A stretch of 64,000 nucleotides of DNA from NCBI GenBank assembly GCA_963740965.1, contig CAVUFW010000007.1, forward strand, positions 44,027 through 108,026. The letters run 5' to 3'. The translations under genes and the position numbers were made by a program. Positions 18,063 through 26,198 of the stretch are shown here, piece after piece. The stretch is from an uncultured Alphaproteobacteria bacterium. GTDB lineage: Bacteria > Pseudomonadota > Alphaproteobacteria > Sphingomonadales > Sphingomonadaceae. Position 1 is the first letter of the stretch; each line of letters starts with the position of its first letter. A model generated the notes under the pieces. It worked only from the letters and a program-made list of their open reading frames with translations, was not told where the DNA came from and made no database searches.

Positions 18063-18515
18063 ATGCGTTATTTTCTCGATACCGAGTTCGACGGGGTCGG
18101 CGGACGATTGATCAGCCTGGCGCTGGTGCCCGAGGACGGCGGCGAGGAATATTATGCGGTGATCGCGGGCGAGGCCGAAGTGCCGTGGGTCCAGCGCCAC
18201 GTCATGCCTTACCTCGACATGGTACCCGACCCGCTGAAGGCTCCACATGCATCGCGTGCCGACGTGGCCCAGGACGTTGCCCGATGGCTTCGCCACGACG
18301 ACCGGATCGAGATCGTCGCCGACTGGCCCGAAGATATCGCTCAATTCTCGATGCTGCTGATCACCGGTCCCGGCGACATGGTCGACATCGGGCCGGTGAC
18401 CTTCCGCATGGTTCGGCTAGGCGGCTTTTCGTGCGCCGCCAACAGCGCGGTCCCCCACAACGCCTTGCACGACGCGCGTGCGCTTCGAACGCATATCCTG
18501 GGATTGGAGCCATAA
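18063..18515 (+). CDS. DEDDh-type 3'-5' exonuclease-like protein (Rv2179c-like fold suspected)
   Basis: The Exo I motif is FLDTEFD and the Exo III motif is HNALHDA near the C-terminus. An acidic central motif (IVADWPEDI) is also present. The ORF is 150 aa and ends 38 nt upstream of pdeM on the same strand. Confidence 0.6.
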   Translation: MRYFLDTEFDGVGGRLISLALVPEDGGEEYYAVIAGEAEVPWVQRHVMPYLDMVPDPLKAPHASRADVAQDVARWLRHDDRIEIVADWPEDIAQFSMLLITGPGDMVDIGPVTFRMVRLGGFSCAANSAVPHNALHDARALRTHILGLEP

Positions 18516-18553
18516 GCGCTTTCCAAACCCGACGCGTTCGCTAAAGGCGCCTC

Positions 18554-19216
18554 ATGGTTCCCTTTTCGTTCGCCGGCCAATCCTTTGCGGCAAGCCTCGA
18601 TGGCGCGCTTTACTGGCCGTCGCGCAAGGCGCTGCTGGTCGCCGATCTGCACCTCGAAAAGGCGAGCTGGTTCGCCCGGCTCGGACAGATGCTGCCGCCT
18701 TACGATTCGCTTGCCACGCTGCAGGCGCTGGAACGGCAGGTCGATGCATGCGCGGCCACGACGCTCTACTGCCTGGGCGATTCGTTTCACGATCGCTTCG
18801 GCTGCGATCGCCTGCCCGACGATGCGCGGCTGCTGCTCACCGGTCTGACCGCGCGGCTCGATTGGGTATGGATCACCGGCAATCACGATGCCGGTTTCGT
18901 CGACCATTGCGGCGGACGGATTGAGGAAGAACTACTGGTCGACGGGATCGTCCTTCGTCACGAAGCAGATCCGTCCGATCCTCGCCCCGAGATGTCGGGC
19001 CATTTCCATCCCAAGCTGCGCATCAACCTGAAGGGTCGCCACGTCGCCCGCCGTTGTTTCGTCGCCAGCGCGGCCAAGCTGATCCTGCCCGCATTTGGCT
19101 CGCTGACCGGCGGGCTCGACGCGCATCATCCCGAGATCGTCAAGAAGGTCGGCCCCGGCGCCGCCGCGCTCGTCCCCGTCACCGACCGCCTGCTGCGATT
19201 CCCGATTGCGGCTTAA
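18554..19216 (+). CDS. pdeM: Ligase-associated DNA damage response endonuclease PdeM (calcineurin-like metallophosphoesterase)
   Basis: The metallophosphoesterase motifs appear in order: VADLHLEK, LGDSFHD, GNHD, GHFHP. Size and layout match the PdeM family. Confidence 0.85.
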   Translation: MVPFSFAGQSFAASLDGALYWPSRKALLVADLHLEKASWFARLGQMLPPYDSLATLQALERQVDACAATTLYCLGDSFHDRFGCDRLPDDARLLLTGLTARLDWVWITGNHDAGFVDHCGGRIEEELLVDGIVLRHEADPSDPRPEMSGHFHPKLRINLKGRHVARRCFVASAAKLILPAFGSLTGGLDAHHPEIVKKVGPGAAALVPVTDRLLRFPIAA

Positions 19217-20985
19217 GCGAGTTTCGCCCGGATCAATCCGCGGATCATGTTGCCGATGGTGAAGCCGTCGGCGAGATCCTCGACCGTCAGGTCGGCTTCG
19301 ACGGCCTTGCCCTCCTCGATCATCCGCGCCCGGAGCAGGCCCGGAAGCAGCCCGCGGGCGATCGGCGGGGTCAGATAGCAGCCATTGCGCTCGACGAAAA
19401 TCGACGTGTAGCTGCCCTCGGTCAGATACCCATCGGGGTCGACGAAGATCGTCTCGTATTGACCGCCTTGTCGCCGTGCGTCCTCCATGAAGGCGCGCGC
19501 GGTGGTCTTGTAGCCAAGCCGAAAATCGTCGGCCGCAACGGGCAGTGGTCGCACCGCCACCGCGACCGGCTGGTGCGGAGGCTCGGGGAGCGGCTTGAGT
19601 TCGATCGCCATGCTGCCTTTGGGGGAGAGCAACAATCGCAGCATCGCGGGCTCGGTGCGGCGGAAGGTCGCGGCCTGCAGTTCGTTGCGCGCCGAGTGCC
19701 GGTTGAAGGGAAATTCGAAGCGCGTGGCCGACCTGTCGAGCCGATCGAGGTGGCGGTCGAGATCGGCAATTCCGACCTCCGGGTCGAAGCGCATGGTCTC
19801 GATCAGATCGAATTCACTGCTGTCTGATGCCACGAACTTCCCTTTTAGCAGACACTCGGCCCACTCATCCTCCACGACGCTATCGACGACAAGCCCGGAT
19901 CCCAGTCCGAGGCGGATTAACGGCGTTTTTTCCGCATTTTGAACGCCAGCATCGCTGATCTGGAGGGTCCTGATGAGCACGTTGAAGGCGGCATTTCCTC
20001 CCGGCTCGATCCATCCCATCGATCCCGTGTAGGCGCCGCGCGGTTCGGGTTCGAGGTCGCGAAGCGCGCTAATGGCGGCGATCTTCGGTGCACCGGTGAT
20101 CGATCCGCAGGGAAACAGGGTTTCGAGCACGCCGACCGCGTCCATCCCGGGTGCGATCCGTGCGACCACGCGGCTGACCATCTGGTGGACGGTCGGAAAA
20201 GTTTCGACCGCGAACAGGTCGGGCACCGCGACGCTGCCCGGAGCGGCAACCCGCGCCAGATCGTTGCGCAGTAGATCGACGATCATCAGATTTTCCGCGC
20301 GTTGTTTAGGGTCGGCGGCGAGCTTCTCGGCCTCGAGGCGGTCCGCAGTCGGATCGATCCGACGCGGGGCGGTGCCCTTCATCGGCTTGGCCTCGAGAGT
20401 CCCGTCCTCGAGCGTAAAGAATTGCTCGGGACTGAGGCTGAGCAACCATCCGCCGGGGTGACGGATTACTCCCCCCCAACCGGCATTCGACCGGCGCCGC
20501 ATCTGGGCATAAGCGGCAAGCGGCGGGCCGGTCAGCGGAGTGTCGCAGCCAAAAGTGAGGTTCGCCTGGTAGAAGTCCCCGGCGAACAGATGCTCGCGCA
20601 CCCGGCGCGCGGCGGCGAGATAGTCGGATCGTTCGATGCGAGGTCGCGGGCGCCCAAGCCACGCCGCGGCGGGGTCGCCCAAAACGGCTTCGCGATCGAC
20701 CGCGTCGAGGATGCGATACGAATCGAACACGCCAAACCATAGAAGTGGCGTCCCGGGGAGATTGCGTGCCAGCGGCCGAAGCTTTGATTCCAGCGCATAG
20801 CCGGCGTCGTAGCCGATCCACCCGGCGACATGCTTGCCCTTCGCCACTGCCCCGCGAAGCCGCGCCAGCGCAGGACCAACGTCGTCGGGGGAAAACGCGG
20901 CGATCTCTTCCGCCGGGGTGTCATACAATCGCGTCGGTGCGCCATCCCTGCGGGCATCGTCGAACAGAATGAAAGGCGCGATCAT
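19213..20985 (-). CDS. pabB: Bifunctional aminodeoxychorismate synthase component I / class IV aminotransferase-like lyase (PabB-PabC fusion)
   Basis: The chorismate-binding motifs are FPCGSITGAPK and PRGAYTGSMGWI. A C-terminal fold-type IV domain follows (...YKTTARAFMEDAR...FVDPDGYLTEGSYTSIFV...). I chose the ATG at 20985 (MIAPFILFDD). Confidence 0.85.
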   Translation of the reverse strand: MIAPFILFDDARRDGAPTRLYDTPAEEIAAFSPDDVGPALARLRGAVAKGKHVAGWIGYDAGYALESKLRPLARNLPGTPLLWFGVFDSYRILDAVDREAVLGDPAAAWLGRPRPRIERSDYLAAARRVREHLFAGDFYQANLTFGCDTPLTGPPLAAYAQMRRRSNAGWGGVIRHPGGWLLSLSPEQFFTLEDGTLEAKPMKGTAPRRIDPTADRLEAEKLAADPKQRAENLMIVDLLRNDLARVAAPGSVAVPDLFAVETFPTVHQMVSRVVARIAPGMDAVGVLETLFPCGSITGAPKIAAISALRDLEPEPRGAYTGSMGWIEPGGNAAFNVLIRTLQISDAGVQNAEKTPLIRLGLGSGLVVDSVVEDEWAECLLKGKFVASDSSEFDLIETMRFDPEVGIADLDRHLDRLDRSATRFEFPFNRHSARNELQAATFRRTEPAMLRLLLSPKGSMAIELKPLPEPPHQPVAVAVRPLPVAADDFRLGYKTTARAFMEDARRQGGQYETIFVDPDGYLTEGSYTSIFVERNGCYLTPPIARGLLPGLLRARMIEEGKAVEADLTVEDLADGFTIGNMIRGLIRAKLA

Positions 20986-21031
20986 TGTCGCTCCGCATTG
21001 ACCGCGTGCGCCGCCCTCGTAAAGTCCGGCG

Positions 21032-22285
21032 ATGCGCACCTTCATCCTCGTCGCCGCCGCGATCGCCATCGCCGCCCCTGCCTCCGCACAGTCGATCGAT
21101 CCCAAGGTAAAGGCGAGGATCGACCGCATCCTCAAGGCCACCCCGCTGATCGACGGGCATAACGACCTGCCCGAGCAGCTGGTCGAAAATTACGGATCGC
21201 GGGTCGATCGCCTTGACAGCGGCACCGCCGCCTGGACGCCGCAGGCCCTGATGACCGACATGCGTCGGCTCCGCGAAGGCCGCGTCGGGGGGCAGTTCTG
21301 GTCGGTCTACATCGACGGCACGGTCACCGGTGACGAAGCCATCCGTCAGACGATCAATCAGATCGACATCGTCGACCGCCTGATCGCCGCCTACCCGCGC
21401 GACCTCGAACGCGCCTCAACCGCCGACGACATCGTGCGCATCCACAAGGCGGGTCGAATTGCTTCGTTGATCGGAATTGAGGGCGGGCGTCAGATCGGTG
21501 GAAGCCTGCCCGCGCTTCGCCAGTTCTACCGCCTCGGCGCGCGGTACATGACGCTGACCCATAACCAGACCACCGAATGGGCCGACAGCGCGACCGACGA
21601 TCCCAAATGGGGCGGCCTGTCGCCATTCGGTCGGACCGTGGTCGCGGAAATGAACCGGCTCGGCATGCTGGTCGACTTGAGCCATGTCTCGCCCGACACG
21701 ATGCGCGACGCGATCGCCGCTACCCGCGCTCCGGTGATCTTTTCCCATTCGTCCGCCGGCGGCGTGAACGGTCACCCGCGCAACGTGCCCGATGACGTAC
21801 TTCGCCTGCTCCCGGCCAATGGCGGGGTCGTCATGGTCAATTGGGTTCCGGGGTTCCTCTCGCCCGACGTGTGGCGGTGGGACGGCCTGCGCGCCGCCGA
21901 GGAAGCCCGCCTCAAGACCATCCACCGCGACAGCAAGAAGGCGGTCGCCGACGGCGTCAAATCCTGGGAGGCGTCCAACCCGCGCCCGGCAGTGACGGTC
22001 ACGCAGGTCGCCGATCATATCGAGCATGTCGTAAAGGTCGCCGGTTACGATCACGTCGGGATCGGCGCCGATCTCGATGGCATTCCTTACACGCCGACCG
22101 GTCTTGAAGGGGTGGAAACCTACCCGCGCCTGTTCGCCGAACTGATCCGCCGCGGCTGGAGCGATGCCGATCTTGCCAAGCTGGCGGGCGGCAATCTGCT
22201 CCGCGCCCTCCGCCGAACCGAAGGCGTCGCCGCCTCGCTCAAGGGGCAAGCACCCGCGATGGACAAGCTTTCCCCCACTCCCTAA
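21032..22285 (+). CDS. Membrane/renal-type dipeptidase (peptidase family M19), secreted
   Basis: The signal peptide is [20 protein letters not shown]. The M19 hallmark [12 protein letters not shown] is present, along with later metal-binding stretches GIEGG and DLSHVS...FSHSS. Confidence 0.88.
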   Translation: MRTFILVAAAIAIAAPASAQSIDPKVKARIDRILKATPLIDGHNDLPEQLVENYGSRVDRLDSGTAAWTPQALMTDMRRLREGRVGGQFWSVYIDGTVTGDEAIRQTINQIDIVDRLIAAYPRDLERASTADDIVRIHKAGRIASLIGIEGGRQIGGSLPALRQFYRLGARYMTLTHNQTTEWADSATDDPKWGGLSPFGRTVVAEMNRLGMLVDLSHVSPDTMRDAIAATRAPVIFSHSSAGGVNGHPRNVPDDVLRLLPANGGVVMVNWVPGFLSPDVWRWDGLRAAEEARLKTIHRDSKKAVADGVKSWEASNPRPAVTVTQVADHIEHVVKVAGYDHVGIGADLDGIPYTPTGLEGVETYPRLFAELIRRGWSDADLAKLAGGNLLRALRRTEGVAASLKGQAPAMDKLSPTP

Positions 22286-22294
22286 CTCCCCGCC

Positions 22295-22957
22295 ATGGAA
22301 AATCCCCCGCTACGCGCCGCGATCATCCCGGTGACCCCGCTGCAGCAGAATTGCAGTTTGATCTGGTGTACCGCGACCATGAAGGGTGCGCTGGTCGATC
22401 CCGGTGGCGACCTCCCCAAGCTGAAGGCGGCGGTGGCGCAATCGGGCGTGACGCTGGAAAAAATTCTCCTCACGCACGGCCATATCGATCATTGCGGGTC
22501 GGCGGGCATTCTCGCCGCCGAACTCGACCTGAAGATCGAAGGCCCGCATATCGACGACCTGTTCTGGATCGATCGATTGGCCGAGGATGGCGCCCGATAC
22601 GGCGTCCCCGGCCAGCCATTCGTGTCCGATCGCTGGCTGGTCGACGGTGACACGGTAACCGTCGGCAACCTCGTGCTCGATGTTCGACATTGTCCCGGGC
22701 ACACCCCGGGCCACGTCGTCTTTCACCATCCCCAATCCAAGCTTGCGATCGTCGGCGACGTCCTGTTCCAGGGCTCGATCGGGCGGACCGACTTTCCGCG
22801 CGGCAATCACCAGGATCTGCTCGACGCCATCACCCAGCGCTTGTGGCCGATGGGCGGCGACACGGCATTCATTCCCGGCCATGGCCAGATGTCCACCTTC
22901 GCGCACGAACGCGCCACCAACCCCTATGTCGCGGATCGGGTGTTGAACCCGGCCTAA
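22295..22957 (+). CDS. MBL-fold metallo-hydrolase (glyoxalase II-like)
   Basis: It has the HxHxDH motif LTHGHIDHCG plus the downstream CPGHTPGH and PGHG motifs. The ORF is 220 aa. Confidence 0.85.
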   Translation: MENPPLRAAIIPVTPLQQNCSLIWCTATMKGALVDPGGDLPKLKAAVAQSGVTLEKILLTHGHIDHCGSAGILAAELDLKIEGPHIDDLFWIDRLAEDGARYGVPGQPFVSDRWLVDGDTVTVGNLVLDVRHCPGHTPGHVVFHHPQSKLAIVGDVLFQGSIGRTDFPRGNHQDLLDAITQRLWPMGGDTAFIPGHGQMSTFAHERATNPYVADRVLNPA

Positions 22958-23095
22958 CCCGCTTGCTTCCCCGCTCTATTTCGCTATAGGGCACCCTCGT
23001 TCGCGACGATCCGGCCGCCGCCTTGGGACTTGTCCTATGAGCTGGGCGAGGAGAGTCGCCAATTTTTTTGGCAAACACACAGCACAGGTGCCGCA

Positions 23096-23275
23096 ATGGC
23101 CGTCCCCAAGAGAAAAACATCGCCCTCGAAGCGCAACATGCGCCGCAGCCATCATGCGCTGACCCCGGCTGCCTTCCAGGAATGCCCGAATTGCGGCGAA
23201 TTGAAGCGGCCGCACAACCTGTGCTCCGCGTGCGGCCACTACAACGGCCGCGAGATCATCTCGACGGAATCCTGA
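23096..23275 (+). CDS. rpmF: 50S ribosomal protein L32
   Basis: The translation is [49 protein letters not shown]. It has the canonical L32 N-terminus and a zinc-ribbon Cys pattern. The ATG is at 23096. Confidence 0.95.
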   Translation: MAVPKRKTSPSKRNMRRSHHALTPAAFQECPNCGELKRPHNLCSACGHYNGREIISTES

Positions 23276-23321
23276 GCGGGTGGTGGCGGTGACCGCCAAC
23301 CCCCGCACTTCTAGCGACGCC

Positions 23322-24398
23322 ATGGCCAAGACCGCGGCAAACCCGCGCATCGCGATCGATGCGATGGGCGGCGATATCGGGCCGGCCGTGATCGTTGCCG
23401 GCATGGCCCGCGCGCGTCGCAAGCAGGCCAGCCTGCGCTTCGAGCTTTTCGGCAACGAAAAACTGATCAAGCCCGAGCTTGCCAGCCATGCCAATCTCGC
23501 CGGCGTCGTCACCGTTCACCACACCACTGATTCGATCGAGGGCAGTGAAAAACCCAGCCAGGCCATCCGCCGCGCCAAGACCACGTCGATGGGCATGGCG
23601 ATCAATGCGGTCAAGGAAGGTCGGGCCGACGCCGCCCTTTCCGCGGGCAACACCGGTGCGCTGATGGCGATGGCGAAGCTCGCGCTCCGCACCATGCCGG
23701 GGATCGATCGCCCCGCGCTCGCCGCGCTGCTGCCGACGATGGGCGAGACCGATCTCATCATGCTGGATCTCGGCGCCAACACCGAGTGCGATGCGCAGAA
23801 CCTTGTCCAGTTTGCCGTGATGGGTGCGGCCTATGCGCGGACGGCGCTGTCGATCGACAAGCCGCGGGTGAAGCTGCTCAATATCGGCACCGAGGAGCTC
23901 AAGGGCACCGGTGAACTCAAGGAAGCAGCAGCCTTGCTCCGCGAGGCCGATTATCTCCCGTTCAGTTTCATCGGCTTCACCGAGGGCGATCAATTGTCGC
24001 GCGGCGAAGTCGACGTCGTCGTCACCGACGGTTTCTCTGGCAATATCGCGCTCAAGACCGCCGAGGGCACCGCGCGTTTCGTCACCGATCTGCTGCGCCG
24101 CGCCTTCACCTCGTCGTTGCGGTCGAAGGCGGGATTTGCCTTGTCGCGGCCGGCGCTGCACATGCTCAAGGTCCACCTCGACCCCAATAATCACAATGGC
24201 GCGGTGTTTCTCGGTCTCAACGGGTTGGTCGTGAAAAGCCACGGCAGCGCGACCCCCAAGGGTGTCGCCAATGCCATCGGCGTCACCGCGCGGATGATCG
24301 CCAACGACATCACCCGCAAGATCGGCGACGATCTCGACAACTTCCGCGCCCATGCATTCAACGGCGAGACGACCGACTCGAAGGCGGCCGGCAAATGA
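23322..24398 (+). CDS. plsX: Phosphate acyltransferase PlsX
   Basis: The motifs [21 protein letters not shown] and [12 protein letters not shown] are present. It sits in the conserved rpmF-plsX-fabH order. An ATG is at 23322 and an in-frame GTG alternative is at 23280. Confidence 0.92.
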   Translation: MAKTAANPRIAIDAMGGDIGPAVIVAGMARARRKQASLRFELFGNEKLIKPELASHANLAGVVTVHHTTDSIEGSEKPSQAIRRAKTTSMGMAINAVKEGRADAALSAGNTGALMAMAKLALRTMPGIDRPALAALLPTMGETDLIMLDLGANTECDAQNLVQFAVMGAAYARTALSIDKPRVKLLNIGTEELKGTGELKEAAALLREADYLPFSFIGFTEGDQLSRGEVDVVVTDGFSGNIALKTAEGTARFVTDLLRRAFTSSLRSKAGFALSRPALHMLKVHLDPNNHNGAVFLGLNGLVVKSHGSATPKGVANAIGVTARMIANDITRKIGDDLDNFRAHAFNGETTDSKAAGK

Positions 24399-25354
24399 CT
24401 CGACGCTCGGTAATTGCCGGCGTCGGATCGGCGCTTCCCCGGCGCTGCGTGACGAACGCCGAGCTGGCCGAGACCGTCGATACGTCGGACGAATGGATCG
24501 TGGAGCGGACCGGGATCCGCAGCCGCTACATCGCTGGCGATGGTGAAACCACCGCCAGTCTCGCCACCGATGCTTGCCGCCGAGCGCTCGACCATGCCGG
24601 AGTCGACGCCAGCGAGATCGGGCTGATCGTGCTTGCCACCGCCACGCCGGACCAGACCTTTCCTTCCTCGGCAACCAAGGTCCAGGCGACGCTCGGGATC
24701 GCCGATTGCATTGCCTTCGACGTCCACGCGGTGTGCACCGGCTTCCTCTATGCGCTGAGCGTCGCCGATTCGATGCTCAAGTCGGGCATGGCGGACAAGG
24801 CGCTGGTGATCGGTGCCGAGACCTTTTCGCGGATTCTCGATTGGGAAGATCGCGGTACCTGCGTATTGTTCGGCGACGGCGCCGGCGCGCTGGTTCTCTC
24901 TGCCGAGCAGGGCGACCGGGGCATCCTGTCGACTCGGCTCCACGCAGACGGCCGCCATAACGAGCTGCTCTACGTCGATGGCGGCCCGTCGACCACCGGT
25001 ACGGTCGGCAAGCTGCGCATGAAGGGTCCTGAGGTATTCCGTCACGCGGTTCGCAATCTGGCCGATGTGCTGGGCGAAGTGCTCGCCGCGGCCGACGTCT
25101 CGCCCGCCGACGTGGACTGGGTCGTGCCGCATCAGGCCAATGCCCGAATTCTCGATGCCACTGCGCGCAAGCTCGGACTTCCGATCGAAAAGGTGGTGGT
25201 GACGGTCGACAAGCACGCCAACACCTCCGCCGCGTCGGTCCCGCTCGCGCTCGACACGGCGGTGCGCGACGGACGCATCAAGCGCGGCGACCTGATCGTG
25301 TTGGAAGCGATGGGCGGCGGCTTCACCTGGGGCGCGGCCGCCATCCGCTTCTAG
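24395..25354 (+). CDS. fabH: Beta-ketoacyl-ACP synthase III
   Basis: The active-site Cys context is [15 protein letters not shown]. His/Asn contexts are VPHQANARI and HANTSAAS. The C-terminus reads [13 protein letters not shown]. The ATGA overlaps the plsX stop. Confidence 0.95.
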   Translation: MTRRSVIAGVGSALPRRCVTNAELAETVDTSDEWIVERTGIRSRYIAGDGETTASLATDACRRALDHAGVDASEIGLIVLATATPDQTFPSSATKVQATLGIADCIAFDVHAVCTGFLYALSVADSMLKSGMADKALVIGAETFSRILDWEDRGTCVLFGDGAGALVLSAEQGDRGILSTRLHADGRHNELLYVDGGPSTTGTVGKLRMKGPEVFRHAVRNLADVLGEVLAAADVSPADVDWVVPHQANARILDATARKLGLPIEKVVVTVDKHANTSAASVPLALDTAVRDGRIKRGDLIVLEAMGGGFTWGAAAIRF

Positions 25355-25464
25355 AATATTTGTTAGTGATTAATGGTCTTGCGATTCAGTCGGATTGCCG
25401 TCGGCCATGTTTTTGGTTACGTTGCAAATTGCAGGGCGGGGGGCGCCCGCTCGGGAGACTATAG

Positions 25465-25788
25465 ATGGCGGATGCGGGGATTGCTCGACAGGACGGACTT
25501 CATTCGGGAACCCTGACCAGGGCCGACTTGTCGGACATCGTCCATCGCAAGCTGGGGCTGTCGCGCGCCGAAAGCGCGAACATGGTCGAACGCCTGCTCT
25601 ACCACATGTGCCACTCGCTCTCCGAGGGGAAGAACGTCAAGATCTCGGGCTTCGGCAGCTTCATCCTGCGCGACAAGGGTGAGCGCGTCGGTCGCAACCC
25701 CAAGACCGGCATCGAAGTGCCGATCGCGCCGCGCCGGGTGATGACCTTCCGCGCCAGCCAGATCATGCGCGACAAGGTCGCCAAGTAG
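25465..25788 (+). CDS. ihfA: Integration host factor subunit alpha
   Basis: The HU/IHF fold signature [37 protein letters not shown] is present. The ORF is 107 aa. Confidence 0.92.
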   Translation: MADAGIARQDGLHSGTLTRADLSDIVHRKLGLSRAESANMVERLLYHMCHSLSEGKNVKISGFGSFILRDKGERVGRNPKTGIEVPIAPRRVMTFRASQIMRDKVAK

Positions 25789-25793
25789 CGGTC

Positions 25794-26198
25794 GTGACCC
25801 CAGTCAAGGATCCGGGTGCCTTCAAGACGATCGGCGAATTGTCCGAAGAACTCGGCGTGGCGCAGCACATCCTGCGCTATTGGGAGAGCAAGTTTCCCCA
25901 GCTGCGCCCGCTACAACGTGCCGGCAACCGTCGCTATTATCGTCCCGCCGACTCGGCGCTGGCGCGGCGTATCCACGATCTCCTGTCCAACCAGGGCTAT
26001 ACCATCCGCGGGGTGCAGAAACTGCTCGCGGCCAAGACCGATCCTCCGCCGCCGGTCGTCGAAGCGCCCGCTTTCTCACTGTCGTCGAAGCCCGTCGAGC
26101 AGGCCTCGTTGCGCTCCCCGTCGGTGCCCGCCTCATCGGTCGATTATGTGCGACTCATCGGCCTGCGCGACAAGTTGATCGCCGCCCTCGGGGAATAG
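25794..26198 (+). CDS. MerR-family transcriptional regulator
   Basis: The N-terminal winged HTH is FKTIGELSEELGVAQHILRYWESKFPQLRP...GNRRYY. It lies directly downstream of ihfA, which I recall as a common alphaproteobacterial pairing. Confidence 0.8.
   Translation: MTPVKDPGAFKTIGELSEELGVAQHILRYWESKFPQLRPLQRAGNRRYYRPADSALARRIHDLLSNQGYTIRGVQKLLAAKTDPPPPVVEAPAFSLSSKPVEQASLRSPSVPASSVDYVRLIGLRDKLIAALGE

Noticed and set aside
23256-25216. Minus-strand ORFs 23256..24674 and 24191..25216 opposite plsX and fabH
   Set aside because: They are antisense shadows of two universally conserved lipid-synthesis genes.
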